A DNA stretch of 64,000 nucleotides, taken from the IMG/VR virus record IMGVR_UViG_3300031519_004866, one strand, 5' to 3'. The stretch comes from a virus. Shown piece by piece: positions 9,429 to 19,532 of the stretch. A program made the position numbers and the translations under genes. The first letter of the stretch is position 1. Each line of letters begins with the position of its first letter. Under the pieces are notes generated by a model. It searched no databases, was not told the DNA's origin, and saw nothing but the letters and a program-made list of their open reading frames with translations.

Positions 9429-10692
9429 ACGGCGCAAACTCTGGATTTATAACTTCAAACGGTCCTTGCTTACGACTTTTGTCTAAGTTACGATTAAAGT
9501 TAATACAGTCTTGCCATAACTCGTCGTGTAAATCGTCTGCTTGTAAGAAGTTAATATTATCCTGAATCTGCGTTAATGTAAAATCTTTAATTCTGCTATC
9601 ACTTTTTACAAGTTTGTAATCTAAAACTTTTTCTTTCATTGCTTCTAGTTTATCAATTACTTGTAGTTTTAGTTCATTAGGAATAACCTGTGCTGATAAC
9701 GCCTTAGGATATTGTACTCTATGACTGTAGAATATAATTTCCATGTTCTCCATAAAGTACTCAATTACTTTATCAATTTGCATTATATTGTTTGACTGTA
9801 CAGTAAATGCTCCAACAATTCTACTAACTGTAGGAATTGTTTTCATAATTTTAATATTTTCTTCAATCTCAATAAACTTGCCATTGCCTCTAATGTATTC
9901 ATAGATATCGTGTATACCGTCTATGCTTACATTAACAGCAACACTTTTAAACTTAGGCCAATATTCGTGTACAGTTCGACCGCCCTTAATACCAAGTGTA
10001 GTTCCGTTAGTAGCATACTTTAATTCAATGTTCTCTCCATACGGTGCTAACATATCTAAAATTTTATAATGTTGAGGATCCATTAATGGTTCGCCGCCTG
10101 CAAACTCTACTCGTCTAAAGTAGGGCAATAGTTTCTTAAAACTACTCCACCAATTATCTGTATCTTCAAATGCATCAATATATTGACCTGGCTTTTTAAC
10201 CAGTGCATTAACTGTTGGAATGAGAAAGTTATTTTCTTTTTTGTAAAATTCTGTAACTTGATCCCAGTCTTTCCATTGTGTGCTATCTAACGGGTTACAC
10301 ATACGACATTTAAGATTACATAAGTTGTTTAACTTTACTTCCATTGTAGGTATTTCAAATGGCATTGAATAATCATCTTCTAAGGCGTCTAATGCATTAG
10401 GATATAAATTAATCCTAGCTTCTGGTATAACACCTTCTATATGTCGCTGACGTAAACTTTGAACTCCTTGGTCTTCTAACCTAAAACAAGGTGCGCATAC
10501 TTCAGGTCGTTCGTCATTCATTACCTGCCGGCGTACCTCTTTAATCTTGTCTCCGTTCCAAATTTCTTCTAGTGTGTTATCTTTGATATCGCCAATAGGA
10601 GCACTGCGGCAACAAATCTTAATTGCGCCATCTTCTCTAGTTGCTAATCCTGTAAAAGGATGCATACAAAAAGTTTTACTGTTGCATGGCAT
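9421..10692 (-). CDS. Radical SAM enzyme with N-terminal SPASM/twitch-like domain
   Basis: FCMHPF...ICC...CAPC, then CNLKCRMC and AGGEP; start moved to ATG 10692, which has a GGGGAG SD. Confidence 0.9.
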   Translation of the reverse strand: MPCNSKTFCMHPFTGLATREDGAIKICCRSAPIGDIKDNTLEEIWNGDKIKEVRRQVMNDERPEVCAPCFRLEDQGVQSLRQRHIEGVIPEARINLYPNALDALEDDYSMPFEIPTMEVKLNNLCNLKCRMCNPLDSTQWKDWDQVTEFYKKENNFLIPTVNALVKKPGQYIDAFEDTDNWWSSFKKLLPYFRRVEFAGGEPLMDPQHYKILDMLAPYGENIELKYATNGTTLGIKGGRTVHEYWPKFKSVAVNVSIDGIHDIYEYIRGNGKFIEIEENIKIMKTIPTVSRIVGAFTVQSNNIMQIDKVIEYFMENMEIIFYSHRVQYPKALSAQVIPNELKLQVIDKLEAMKEKVLDYKLVKSDSRIKDFTLTQIQDNINFLQADDLHDELWQDCINFNRNLDKSRKQGPFEVINPEFAPYV

Positions 10693-11416
10693 TGGTAACT
10701 CCCCATTGTCTTTCTTGGCACCAAAAACATTTTTTACATGTTGGAACATATTGTCCTGGCTTGTATGTTGCGTAGTCTAATCCTTTAAACACTTCCGGAT
10801 ATTGCTCATTATCACCTTCGCAACTTCTTGTTATATTGAGTAACTCGGCAATATCATATTTTATAAATTGCCCAATAATCCAATCTTTTCTAGTTTCTAT
10901 AAATGGGTGACAAACTGTAACTCCCATATGTAACATTATAGCATCTATTGATGGTGTTTGTCTATCATTTAATGCACCTTCTAACTCTACATCGGGGTTT
11001 AATGTTACTCCTGCAAACCATGCATCTAACTTTTCCTTGTGTGCTAGATACTCATTAAACGATCGTAAAATAATTCTGTTTCCAGATTTCATTTTACCAT
11101 TTTCGTCTTTGATCATAGTTGTGTGTGGTTCTTCTAGATCGGGTGGTATAAAGTTTGTGTGTCTTATAAATTCAAGTTCTGGAAATTTAGCAATAAACCA
11201 ATCAAACACTTCAGCTGAAATGTGTTCTTGCCATGGCCTTGTTTTCCAACAGCGTATCTGTGTACTAATATGTACCCTGCAATTTACAGGTAAATTTTTA
11301 CATACCAAATATGTTAATAATGCACTGTCTGCGCCACCGCTAAGGCTTATGCCAATATTTCTCCATTTTGGATCAATGGGGAAATCTACATGATCTATTT
11401 TAATCCACTTACGCAT
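10676..11416 (-). CDS. QueC-like PP-loop ATPase (adenine nucleotide alpha-hydrolase superfamily)
   Basis: ISLSGGADS PP-loop; C-terminal TRSCE...TCKKCFWCQER Zn-type motif; start at ATG 11416, 5 nt after TAAATA. Confidence 0.75.
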   Translation of the reverse strand: MRKWIKIDHVDFPIDPKWRNIGISLSGGADSALLTYLVCKNLPVNCRVHISTQIRCWKTRPWQEHISAEVFDWFIAKFPELEFIRHTNFIPPDLEEPHTTMIKDENGKMKSGNRIILRSFNEYLAHKEKLDAWFAGVTLNPDVELEGALNDRQTPSIDAIMLHMGVTVCHPFIETRKDWIIGQFIKYDIAELLNITRSCEGDNEQYPEVFKGLDYATYKPGQYVPTCKKCFWCQERQWGVTNAMQQ

Positions 11417-11470
11417 GATAATATTTACCAAGTTCTGTACGCAGTTAATACAGTTCCGGTAAATATTAGT

Positions 11471-12133
11471 ATGCTAGAAAAAACAACATACACAGTCCCC
11501 TTGGAAATGCTTAGTTTGGTTGATGTTAACGAGCTTAACGGCAAAACTTCAATTAACAAGCCAACTGGAAATTTCTTTTACGATCCGTGGATTATATCTG
11601 CTGATTATAGAGACACTGTATGGCATAAAATTTTACAAACACTAGATTGCTCTAATATTGGTGAAGCACGAGTTATAGTTTTAAATTCTCCAAGCTGCTA
11701 TACCAAACATGCAGACATTGACGATCGCTGGCATTTAAATATATTTGGCGATCAAGGATATCTAATTGATCTTGACACTGAAATAATGCACAAAACAGAA
11801 CAAGATGGCATTTGGTACAAAATGGATGCTGGTGTTATGCATACTGCTATAAGTGTTGGCGAGCATAAAAGAGTCCAACTAATTGTAAGAGAACTTTTAG
11901 AACGTAACAAATTAGTTGACCCAGTAAAAGTATGGATATCATTAGTAGGTAACAATCCAAGATACGTGTTTGATAACACACTAAGTCCTTGGCTTAACAA
12001 AATACATAAACAAAAACTAATGTCAAATTTTGAAGCAGGCAGCACTATGGTTAAATTTGATATTGAAAAAGAATTACTTGCAGAACTTAACAAAGTGAAG
12101 CCAGTGCAATTTACAATAGGAATATATGAATGA
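11471..12133 (+). CDS. Asp/Asn beta-hydroxylase-like Fe(II)/2OG cupin oxygenase
   Basis: HADIDDRWHL...MHTA HxD...H triad; start at ATG 11471, 5 nt after TAAATA. Confidence 0.7.
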   Translation: MLEKTTYTVPLEMLSLVDVNELNGKTSINKPTGNFFYDPWIISADYRDTVWHKILQTLDCSNIGEARVIVLNSPSCYTKHADIDDRWHLNIFGDQGYLIDLDTEIMHKTEQDGIWYKMDAGVMHTAISVGEHKRVQLIVRELLERNKLVDPVKVWISLVGNNPRYVFDNTLSPWLNKIHKQKLMSNFEAGSTMVKFDIEKELLAELNKVKPVQFTIGIYE

Positions 12134-13044
12134 AAATACTAATGACAGGAAGTTCCGGTTTTATCGGACAACACTTAACTGCTAGATTAAAAGATCACAA
12201 CGTACATCACATGGTAAGTGACCTTCGAGATCATAAAGCAGTCACTGACGAAGTAATAGCTGTTAAGCCTGACATCATTGTACATCTAGCAGCACGTACA
12301 GAAGTTGAACAAAGTTTTTATGAACAGATTACTTTCAGTGAGATTAATTACGTTGGTACTGTTAATTTAATTGAAGCAGCAGCAAAAGTTAAAAATTTAA
12401 AAAACTTTGTATTTGCTAGTACTATGGAAGTTTATGGGTGGCAACCTATTAGTGACGAAGTTGAAAAACATACTATACCAGATAACTTTGTAGCCTTTGA
12501 TGAAAATACACAACCTAATCCAAATGCTCCATATGCAGTTGCTAAGTACGGATGTGAAAAATATTTAGAATACGCACATCGTTGTTTGGATCTTCCGTTT
12601 ACTGCATTTAGACAAACTAACTGCTATGGTAGAAAAGACAACGACTATTTTGTAACGGAACAAATTATTAGCCAGATGCTAGTTAGTGATGAATGTAACT
12701 TAGGGTACGCAGAGCCATATCGTAATTTTATACATGTAACTGATATGCTAGATGCATGGCAAACTGTAATAGAAAACCCGGACAAATGCAATGACGGAAT
12801 GATATTTACAATTGGTCCTGACAACCCTATCAAGATCAAAGACTACGCAGAACTAATTGCAAAGAAGATTGGGTTTACAGGTAAGATTAACTGGAACACA
12901 AAACTTTTCCGTGCAGGAGAAATTTATTGGTTAAACAGTAACAACACCTTAATTACTGAACGATTAGGATGGGAACCTAAAGTTAGCCTAGACGAAGGTC
13001 TAGATAAAACAATTGACTATTGGAGAAGTAAACTTGAAGGATAA
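12130..13044 (+). CDS. NAD-dependent nucleotide-sugar epimerase/dehydratase (extended SDR)
   Basis: TGSSGFIG, IVHLAA, NYVGT, FASTMEVYG, YAVAK (YxxxK). Confidence 0.9.
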   Translation: MKILMTGSSGFIGQHLTARLKDHNVHHMVSDLRDHKAVTDEVIAVKPDIIVHLAARTEVEQSFYEQITFSEINYVGTVNLIEAAAKVKNLKNFVFASTMEVYGWQPISDEVEKHTIPDNFVAFDENTQPNPNAPYAVAKYGCEKYLEYAHRCLDLPFTAFRQTNCYGRKDNDYFVTEQIISQMLVSDECNLGYAEPYRNFIHVTDMLDAWQTVIENPDKCNDGMIFTIGPDNPIKIKDYAELIAKKIGFTGKINWNTKLFRAGEIYWLNSNNTLITERLGWEPKVSLDEGLDKTIDYWRSKLEG

Positions 13045-13726
13045 TTGGAAACCATATCTTAAGTTTGATCCAGTTGGGTGGCCGTGTATGGCTCAACAAA
13101 CTTATGAACCACTTGTAAGCGAAGACGGCACAACGTTTTGTAAAAACTATGATGTTGATAGCGAATATCAAAAGATGGAAGGTAAAGACCGTCCTCTATA
13201 CACCAAAGAAGTTGTTGATTGGTTTTTTCAAAACGAACTAACATATCTTGAACTTTTTAAAGACAAACCGTATGCTCCGGAAGTTAAAGACATTGATTAC
13301 AAAAATCAAAAGATTTATCTCAAATGGTACGGTAAAAGTTGTAATCAAGTAATATACGATAAACAAAGCGAAGGCTGGCCAGAGTATATGTGGCGCCAAC
13401 AAATTAGAGATATTATAGTTGATCAGTATGATGAAGGTATCTATAAACTAACAATGTATCCACATTGTCATTACATAGACAATCACAGACAGATGAGAGC
13501 TATCGACTGGTATGGGTGTGTTCCTATTGACGACCCATATATTGAATTAAAATACATGGATGGTATTATACATGATACAGCACAATTTAGATTAGATGAA
13601 ACAGGTGCACCTATTGACGATAAAGTAAATTTAGAAATTATGTTTAAGCGTAGTTTGAGTACACATGTGTTATGGGGAGATGAAAACATGAGTTACATAC
13701 ACAAGGAAATATTTGGAGATGGCTAA
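13034..13726 (+). CDS. Protein-kinase-like fold protein with degenerate catalytic loop
   Basis: FQNELTYL...YAPEV...IYLKW and YKLTMYP...IDWYG resemble kinase subdomains; TTG start with GGAG SD; paralog of 17993-18688. Confidence 0.45.
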   Translation: MKDNWKPYLKFDPVGWPCMAQQTYEPLVSEDGTTFCKNYDVDSEYQKMEGKDRPLYTKEVVDWFFQNELTYLELFKDKPYAPEVKDIDYKNQKIYLKWYGKSCNQVIYDKQSEGWPEYMWRQQIRDIIVDQYDEGIYKLTMYPHCHYIDNHRQMRAIDWYGCVPIDDPYIELKYMDGIIHDTAQFRLDETGAPIDDKVNLEIMFKRSLSTHVLWGDENMSYIHKEIFGDG

Positions 13727-14297
13727 ACTAGTTGGACTTACAGAAAATATAATCGACTGGGATCCTATTGTTGATCTTTGTGCCAACTGCACAACAGGCG
13801 ATTACAATTCTGTTAAAACAGTTGTTGATCGTTCAGAAGGCAACTGGAGAGAAAATCCTGAATTACTAGGATCGTATCATGACGTTATCGATACTTGGGA
13901 TAACGCAGGTTACAATTTAGATGAAATCGAATGGTGGGATTATTATCCAGGAGACCATTTTGATATTGATATACAAAACAAGTTTGCAAAAATTATAGAT
14001 GCAGAACCGTTAAGAGTGTTTGTTAGCGATGTTAGACCAGGCACAAATGTTCCATATCATTGGGATGTAGAAGATAAAGAAGAAGAATGGTTAGCACTTG
14101 GCGAACTTAAACGTTGGGTATGTTTTATGGATAAGCCACGATGGGGTAATGTGTTAATACTAGAAGACCAAGCATTTCATAATGTAGCTCAAGGCGAGAT
14201 ATGGGAATGGGATAGTTATCGTAGTCATCATGCTGGAACAAGCTGTGGTATACATCACCAATACTTGTTTCATTTTTTAGGAAGGCCAAACAAATGA
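13719..14297 (+). CDS. Fe(II)/2OG cupin oxygenase
   Basis: PGTNVPYHWD...HHAG (HxD...H). Confidence 0.65.
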   Translation: MAKLVGLTENIIDWDPIVDLCANCTTGDYNSVKTVVDRSEGNWRENPELLGSYHDVIDTWDNAGYNLDEIEWWDYYPGDHFDIDIQNKFAKIIDAEPLRVFVSDVRPGTNVPYHWDVEDKEEEWLALGELKRWVCFMDKPRWGNVLILEDQAFHNVAQGEIWEWDSYRSHHAGTSCGIHHQYLFHFLGRPNK

Positions 14298-14821
14298 AAA
14301 ACTTAGGCGTATGTGATACAATAGATTGGAACAACGTTATTGCACAATGTGCTAGTGTTGATCCTGAGTTTGTAGGTCCAAGCCACAAACGTGGAGATAC
14401 AATACCTGGACTAGATCCTATACTAGATATGTGGGAACAAGCAGGATATAAAACTGTACACGAAGGTGGCACAGCAGGATGGGATATGTTTATGCCCGGC
14501 AAGCAATTTGATCAAAGTGTAGCAGATGCATGGAATGAATTTTATGGATTAAAGTGTGAAAACATTTGGATAAGCAGAGTATGGCCCGGACGGTTTGCTC
14601 CTATACATTGGGACGTACACGATGACGAAGTTAACTTGCCCGACTGCCCAAGATATCATAGCCATATAGGAGAACCGCAATGGGGCCACATTTTTATTGC
14701 AGATGAAGAAATATTTTATAACCAGCCACAAGGTACAACTTGGGAATGGACTGATAGAAAGATATGGCACGCCGGAACTAATTGCGGGTTAGTGCCTAAG
14801 TATATATGGAACGCATGGTAA
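14294..14821 (+). CDS. Fe(II)/2OG cupin oxygenase, tandem paralog of the preceding gene
   Basis: PGRFAPIHWD...WHAGTNCG; ATGA overlap. Confidence 0.65.
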   Translation: MKNLGVCDTIDWNNVIAQCASVDPEFVGPSHKRGDTIPGLDPILDMWEQAGYKTVHEGGTAGWDMFMPGKQFDQSVADAWNEFYGLKCENIWISRVWPGRFAPIHWDVHDDEVNLPDCPRYHSHIGEPQWGHIFIADEEIFYNQPQGTTWEWTDRKIWHAGTNCGLVPKYIWNAW

Positions 14822-15420
14822 TGGAAAATATTTTATATTTAGATCATCCATGGATCATGGTTTACAAAGATGTGTTAGACGATGAAACTTGTGATAAGTT
14901 TGTTAAAAAGTATGACGAGTTAGGAATGAATCCAAACGCAGGATTAGAATCTAGAGAACAAACATACGGACAGATTACAGAAGAAGTAGAACAGCGCAGT
15001 ATTAGTTGGGACACTTCACCTGAAGATAGACAGTTTTTTAGAGATAAAATTTGCGAAGTATTAAAGATACCTGACAGCCATATTGAAGCTGGTGACATTT
15101 ATAGATATGATACTGGGCAGTACTTTGGCCTACATCATGACTTTCCGTACACACCTGAAGATATTGCGTACTATGCCAAAGGCGGCGATAGAAAAGCAAC
15201 TGCAATCTTTTGGTTGAATGACGGATACGATGGTGGAGAATGCAAGTTTCCTGAATTAGCCGTTAGTGTTGTACCTATGAAAGGCGGCATGATGTATTTT
15301 GAATACGACTACGATGATGAAATAATCAATAAAATGACAATACACGAAGGCATGCCAATTACCAAAGGCGCAAAATGGATAGCAGCTTTCTTTATTGCCA
15401 ACGGTCCGAGGGTAGAATGA
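14821..15420 (+). CDS. Prolyl-4-hydroxylase-like Fe(II)/2OG oxygenase
   Basis: YDTGQYFGLHHD, RKATAIFWLND, GGECKFP, HEGMPITKGAKW: canonical P4H alpha-subunit motifs. Confidence 0.85.
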   Translation: MENILYLDHPWIMVYKDVLDDETCDKFVKKYDELGMNPNAGLESREQTYGQITEEVEQRSISWDTSPEDRQFFRDKICEVLKIPDSHIEAGDIYRYDTGQYFGLHHDFPYTPEDIAYYAKGGDRKATAIFWLNDGYDGGECKFPELAVSVVPMKGGMMYFEYDYDDEIINKMTIHEGMPITKGAKWIAAFFIANGPRVE

Positions 15421-15875
15421 AAGTTGTAGTATTAGGCGGATCAAAAGGTTTAGGGCAACTCCTTTCAGCATATTTCAAACTTAAAAATTCTGATGTAAAA
15501 GAGTTTAGTAAAAACAGTTCGTTTGATGAAGTAATTGCAGTTGCTAAAACTTGTGATGTTTTTGTTTGTAACGCTTACGCAGACGGCATGCAAATAAACT
15601 ATATAGAAACACTAAAAGACTATAACATCAAAATTATAGTAAGTGGTAGTATTGCAGCAGACTCTCCTGATCCTAATATGCCTGTGTATAGTCTAGACAA
15701 AAAGAACCTGCGTGAAAGAGTAATTGAATTATCACAATCTCGTAATACATGTAAAGCAAGTATACTGTTATTAACACTAACAGGAACAGCAGTAAAAGAA
15801 TATCAAACAATACACAATACATTAGACTATTGGCTGGAAAATGACACAATTAACGAAATTAGGTTTACAATATAA
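15417..15875 (+). CDS. Small short-chain dehydrogenase/reductase-like protein
   Basis: MKVVVLGGSKGLG Rossmann motif, FVCNA, YSLDK (YxxxK). Confidence 0.65.
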   Translation: MKVVVLGGSKGLGQLLSAYFKLKNSDVKEFSKNSSFDEVIAVAKTCDVFVCNAYADGMQINYIETLKDYNIKIIVSGSIAADSPDPNMPVYSLDKKNLRERVIELSQSRNTCKASILLLTLTGTAVKEYQTIHNTLDYWLENDTINEIRFTI

Positions 15876-16478
15876 ATGACTAAAAAAATAGTAATCACAG
15901 GACACACTAGCGGTATTGGTAAAGCAATTTTTGATAAGTTTAGCGAACGCTACAGAAGCCATGAGATTATAGGTATGAGTCGTAGCAACGGATACGACAT
16001 TGAAAAAGATTTTGATAAAGTTGTAGATGAATCCGTCGGTGCAGAAATTTTTATTAACAATGCTTATAGAGATCAGCAGCAACTAAAATTATTTAATGCA
16101 CTCAAAGACAAAGTAGATATGATGGTTGTTATGGGCAGTGTAAGTAGACTTTACCCTGAACTTATTCCCACAGACTATGTACAAGATAAACAAGCTCTTG
16201 CAGAAGCATGCCGCTTAGAAAGTATTAATCCTAATGGTATTCCTGTGTTGCATTTAGACTTAGGCTTTCTCGAAGGAACTACAGTAAGTGGAGATGATCC
16301 TGCAGAATTTTTAAGTGACTCTACTACTCCTTTAGAAGATGTAGTAGATACTATTATCTTTTGGGCAGGCAAGCCTACTATTAGACAAGTTGAATTTCGT
16401 TGGAAGCTGACAGATCATCTACGTGCAGAACTAGAGCGTATTAATCCTAACTTAGACCCATCTCGGATACAGTTCTAA
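15876..16478 (+). CDS. Short-chain dehydrogenase/reductase-like protein
   Basis: ITGHTSGIG, FINNA, YVQDK. Confidence 0.75.
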   Translation: MTKKIVITGHTSGIGKAIFDKFSERYRSHEIIGMSRSNGYDIEKDFDKVVDESVGAEIFINNAYRDQQQLKLFNALKDKVDMMVVMGSVSRLYPELIPTDYVQDKQALAEACRLESINPNGIPVLHLDLGFLEGTTVSGDDPAEFLSDSTTPLEDVVDTIIFWAGKPTIRQVEFRWKLTDHLRAELERINPNLDPSRIQF

Positions 16479-17009
16479 ATTTTCATAAAACTTTTCAGGA
16501 TGTATTTCCCACACAGTTTGATCAGTGTGTCTGTAATGCACTTCTTTTACTTTACTAACAATACCTATCTTTGCTAGTGTAGGAAAGTAATAACTGTGAA
16601 CAAGTCGTTGACTTGCTTCTTTACTAGCATTTGAAGTAGCAAACACTCTACCTTTATCCCCAACCCATTTTAAACATTGCGGAAGTAAAAATTGATCAGT
16701 TAAGTTTTGATGTTGTGCTACAAGACGTTTGGGTGTAATAAGGCCTTTGTCTTTACGTGCTTCTGCAAAGGTGCATACACGAGTTAGTATACGATAGCCT
16801 CCTGGAACAACATCGTCAAATGAATGTGCAGCAACACTACCTATAGCTTGTCCATCTTTATATAATATCCATGCTTCCCACTCACGCTCACTGCGAAAGC
16901 AGTCAATCATTGCTGCCTGACTACTGTTATTTTTAAATCCTCTACGCTCTGCTTCTGCATAAAAGTTAGATAAGTCTAACAGGTCGTTCCACTTAGATAG
17001 CTTGTACAT
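16452..17009 (-). CDS. GNAT-like acyltransferase (putative)
   Basis: WILYKDGQAIGSVA...RILTRVC beta-strand pattern typical of GNAT motif A. Confidence 0.45.
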   Translation of the reverse strand: MYKLSKWNDLLDLSNFYAEAERRGFKNNSSQAAMIDCFRSEREWEAWILYKDGQAIGSVAAHSFDDVVPGGYRILTRVCTFAEARKDKGLITPKRLVAQHQNLTDQFLLPQCLKWVGDKGRVFATSNASKEASQRLVHSYYFPTLAKIGIVSKVKEVHYRHTDQTVWEIHPEKFYENLELYPRWV

Positions 17010-18003
17010 TTATTTTTCTTTTGTTAGGCAACACCATCTCCGGTGTTTTAGTAAAGTCGTCGCCGTTCTTAGGACACATTTGACATTGTTTAACAGATCT
17101 ATATTTGTCTAAGTTAAACTGTGCTACTTCCTCGTCTGTACAAGTTTCTAAATCCAACGGCTTGTACTCTAAATACATTTGCCAATCAGGGTCATCTAAA
17201 CTATTATGATGTGATAAGAATCTATGTAGTGTTCCTAGTGAGCCACACTTCCATAGCTTCTTGTCGTGCATATATGTACACCATGGACTACAACACCCTC
17301 TTTTATACGATGAAGTGGGATCACCTTCGTTATATGGTTTAGGCTTTCCAAACTCATCAATATAATGATGTTTTTGAAATGTGCCGTATTGTTTGTAGTA
17401 TAGACCGTGCTGTTCTTTTAAGAAAAACAAATCATGTTCTAACCCACCGTTTATATCTTCGTGTGTAACACTTAACAGGTCCAGCCAACCTTGAAACAAA
17501 GGATCTTGCTTTTCATTCTTAAAGTCAAATATTTTGTAAAACCAATCTACAGGATCTAACTGAGGATATTGAATTCTTTCTTGAACTTCAATTGCTGCCT
17601 GCCTAACTTTATTTGATAATTTTTTATCTTCAAACTGTGCAAAGTGATCACTAACAATTAGTAATACCTTGTATTTTTCAATTAACTCTACGCACCATTC
17701 TCTATTCTTTGATAATAATGCTCCATTAGTAGGACACATAATAACTGTATCAGGTGCAATAGACCTAATGTATTTTGCTAGTTCAATAATCCTGTCCATG
17801 TATAAAAGAGGCTCGCCACCTAGCAGTGTATAGTTTTCAATTTCAAACTTTTCACTTGCAAGTCTTATGCCTTCTTTGATATTTTCTAAATCTTTGTCAT
17901 ACTCGCCCTTTCTAAATATATCGCTACGTACATCACATTGTGAACAGGTAAGGTTACACATGTTTCCATAGAACACATCAAGTATTTTTAATTTAGGCTG
18001 CAT
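16993..18003 (-). CDS. Radical SAM enzyme
   Basis: CNLTCSQC, LGGEP, PTNG, C-terminal CC..C...KLWKC...CQMC. Confidence 0.9.
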   Translation of the reverse strand: MQPKLKILDVFYGNMCNLTCSQCDVRSDIFRKGEYDKDLENIKEGIRLASEKFEIENYTLLGGEPLLYMDRIIELAKYIRSIAPDTVIMCPTNGALLSKNREWCVELIEKYKVLLIVSDHFAQFEDKKLSNKVRQAAIEVQERIQYPQLDPVDWFYKIFDFKNEKQDPLFQGWLDLLSVTHEDINGGLEHDLFFLKEQHGLYYKQYGTFQKHHYIDEFGKPKPYNEGDPTSSYKRGCCSPWCTYMHDKKLWKCGSLGTLHRFLSHHNSLDDPDWQMYLEYKPLDLETCTDEEVAQFNLDKYRSVKQCQMCPKNGDDFTKTPEMVLPNKRKINVQAI

Positions 18004-18688
18004 ATATTTGTTTTGCCTTTTCCATTACATCGTCACGAAAGTTAGTTTTAAAACTTTCAAACGCCAGCTGTTGTATAGCATTATGATTAGTAGGTGCATC
18101 GACATCAATGCCCATTGTTTCCATTTTAGGAAATAAGTCTGCTTGTCTATCTTCACTGATATGACTCATTACACTACGTAAGCTAATATTAACATCATTA
18201 TTATCATATGTAAAGAAGTAATTCATACTTTTTAGTTTACCGTCTACAATAAAATAACTGCTAGGGTGCATACTGTATTTGTATAATCCTAAGTCTTTGT
18301 GTGCTTGAATAATTTCTAACATTTGTATGTCCCAGTCTGGTAGTACAGATGTATAATCATTTGTATTACAGCCCGCTAATTCCCACATGTCTGGTCCGTC
18401 AATTTCTAAATATATTTTACGCCATTCGTAATCTACAGTATATGCAGGTATGTGCTGAGGATACTCTTTACGCATTATACTAAGGAATTTTATTTCACGT
18501 TCAAACTTTTCATCCATTAAATTAGGATCAACTACTTGATTGTGTCCTTTGTGATAGTCAGTATCATTGTAGTACCATTGACAAAACTGTTTCTTGTTAT
18601 TGTCAACAAGACTGGTGTATATTAAGTTATTGCGGCAAAGGCCTTTTCCGGGAACGTTGTTGTAGTAATATTCAAAGTTAGTGTTCAT
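17993..18688 (-). CDS. Protein-kinase-like fold protein with degenerate catalytic loop
   Basis: FEREIKFL...HIP...IYLE and YKYSMHPSSYFIVDGKLKSMNYF; paralog of 13034-13726. Confidence 0.45.
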   Translation of the reverse strand: MNTNFEYYYNNVPGKGLCRNNLIYTSLVDNNKKQFCQWYYNDTDYHKGHNQVVDPNLMDEKFEREIKFLSIMRKEYPQHIPAYTVDYEWRKIYLEIDGPDMWELAGCNTNDYTSVLPDWDIQMLEIIQAHKDLGLYKYSMHPSSYFIVDGKLKSMNYFFTYDNNDVNISLRSVMSHISEDRQADLFPKMETMGIDVDAPTNHNAIQQLAFESFKTNFRDDVMEKAKQIYAA

Positions 18689-18714
18689 GCTGTTATTTAA
18701 CGATAAGTATTACT

Positions 18715-19530
18715 ATGATTAGAGGAATTGGCGGCAAGCCTTATATTAACTTAGACCCATACTTAGACATCACAGGTTTCAAAAATTTGCATCCGGAGAT
18801 TGCTAAAGGATTTGCATTAGCAAGAGATTATGCTAAAGAAGGCACCTGGATGGCCCCTGGTTTTGATTGGAAAGATTCTAGTTACATACTAGATTGGAAA
18901 CCAATTTATAAAGCCATGGAAGAATACGAAGCATTGCCTGATGACGATCCTATTAAAGTACAAGGACAACTAATACTTCCTAAAGATTTTGGCGACTACA
19001 AACAGCGTAATATTTTTACTCGCTATCTTAAAGCTACTATGGGAGCAAATGATCCTTACATTTATTACTTTTTATGGAACGAAGGAGATTGGAATGAGCG
19101 TAATGCAGAAAGACAATTAACTGAAGAGTCAAAGTATTTTCCGGGTGTAGTTAACTGGGTGCAAAGTATGCAAAATGAAGGTATTATTGATCGTATTGGT
19201 AGAGTTATATTTTTCCATTGCGACCATAATGGCAAAGCATTTGAACACAGAGACTTGGACGCTAATAATGGAGTACACGATGATAAGCAATACAGTCCGC
19301 ACAATAATGAATTCATACATATACGCTATCGCACAAAGAGAGGATTTTATATTTGGGATCCCGAGAGTGAAAACAAACAGTACCTCAACTGCAACGCAGC
19401 ATTTTGGAACGACCAAGATTGGCATGGCGGTGAAAGTTCTAAAGAAGTAGAATACGGCTTACGTATTGATTGCAAATTTTCAAATGCATTTCGCAAACAG
19501 CTAGGTATTGACACACTGGATCATTATTAA
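18715..19530 (+). CDS. Cupin/2OG-oxygenase-like protein
   Basis: FEHRDLD...NDQDWHGG...LRID; TAAGTA 5 nt before ATG. Confidence 0.55.
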   Translation: MIRGIGGKPYINLDPYLDITGFKNLHPEIAKGFALARDYAKEGTWMAPGFDWKDSSYILDWKPIYKAMEEYEALPDDDPIKVQGQLILPKDFGDYKQRNIFTRYLKATMGANDPYIYYFLWNEGDWNERNAERQLTEESKYFPGVVNWVQSMQNEGIIDRIGRVIFFHCDHNGKAFEHRDLDANNGVHDDKQYSPHNNEFIHIRYRTKRGFYIWDPESENKQYLNCNAAFWNDQDWHGGESSKEVEYGLRIDCKFSNAFRKQLGIDTLDHY

Positions 19531-19532
19531 AT

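Noticed and set aside
3462-11416. Canonical 7-deazaguanine DNA-modification pathway (QueC + QueE)
   Set aside because: No FolE, QueD or DpdA in the window, and the radical SAM proteins carry extra Cys-rich domains unlike QueE; cannot be excluded genome-wide
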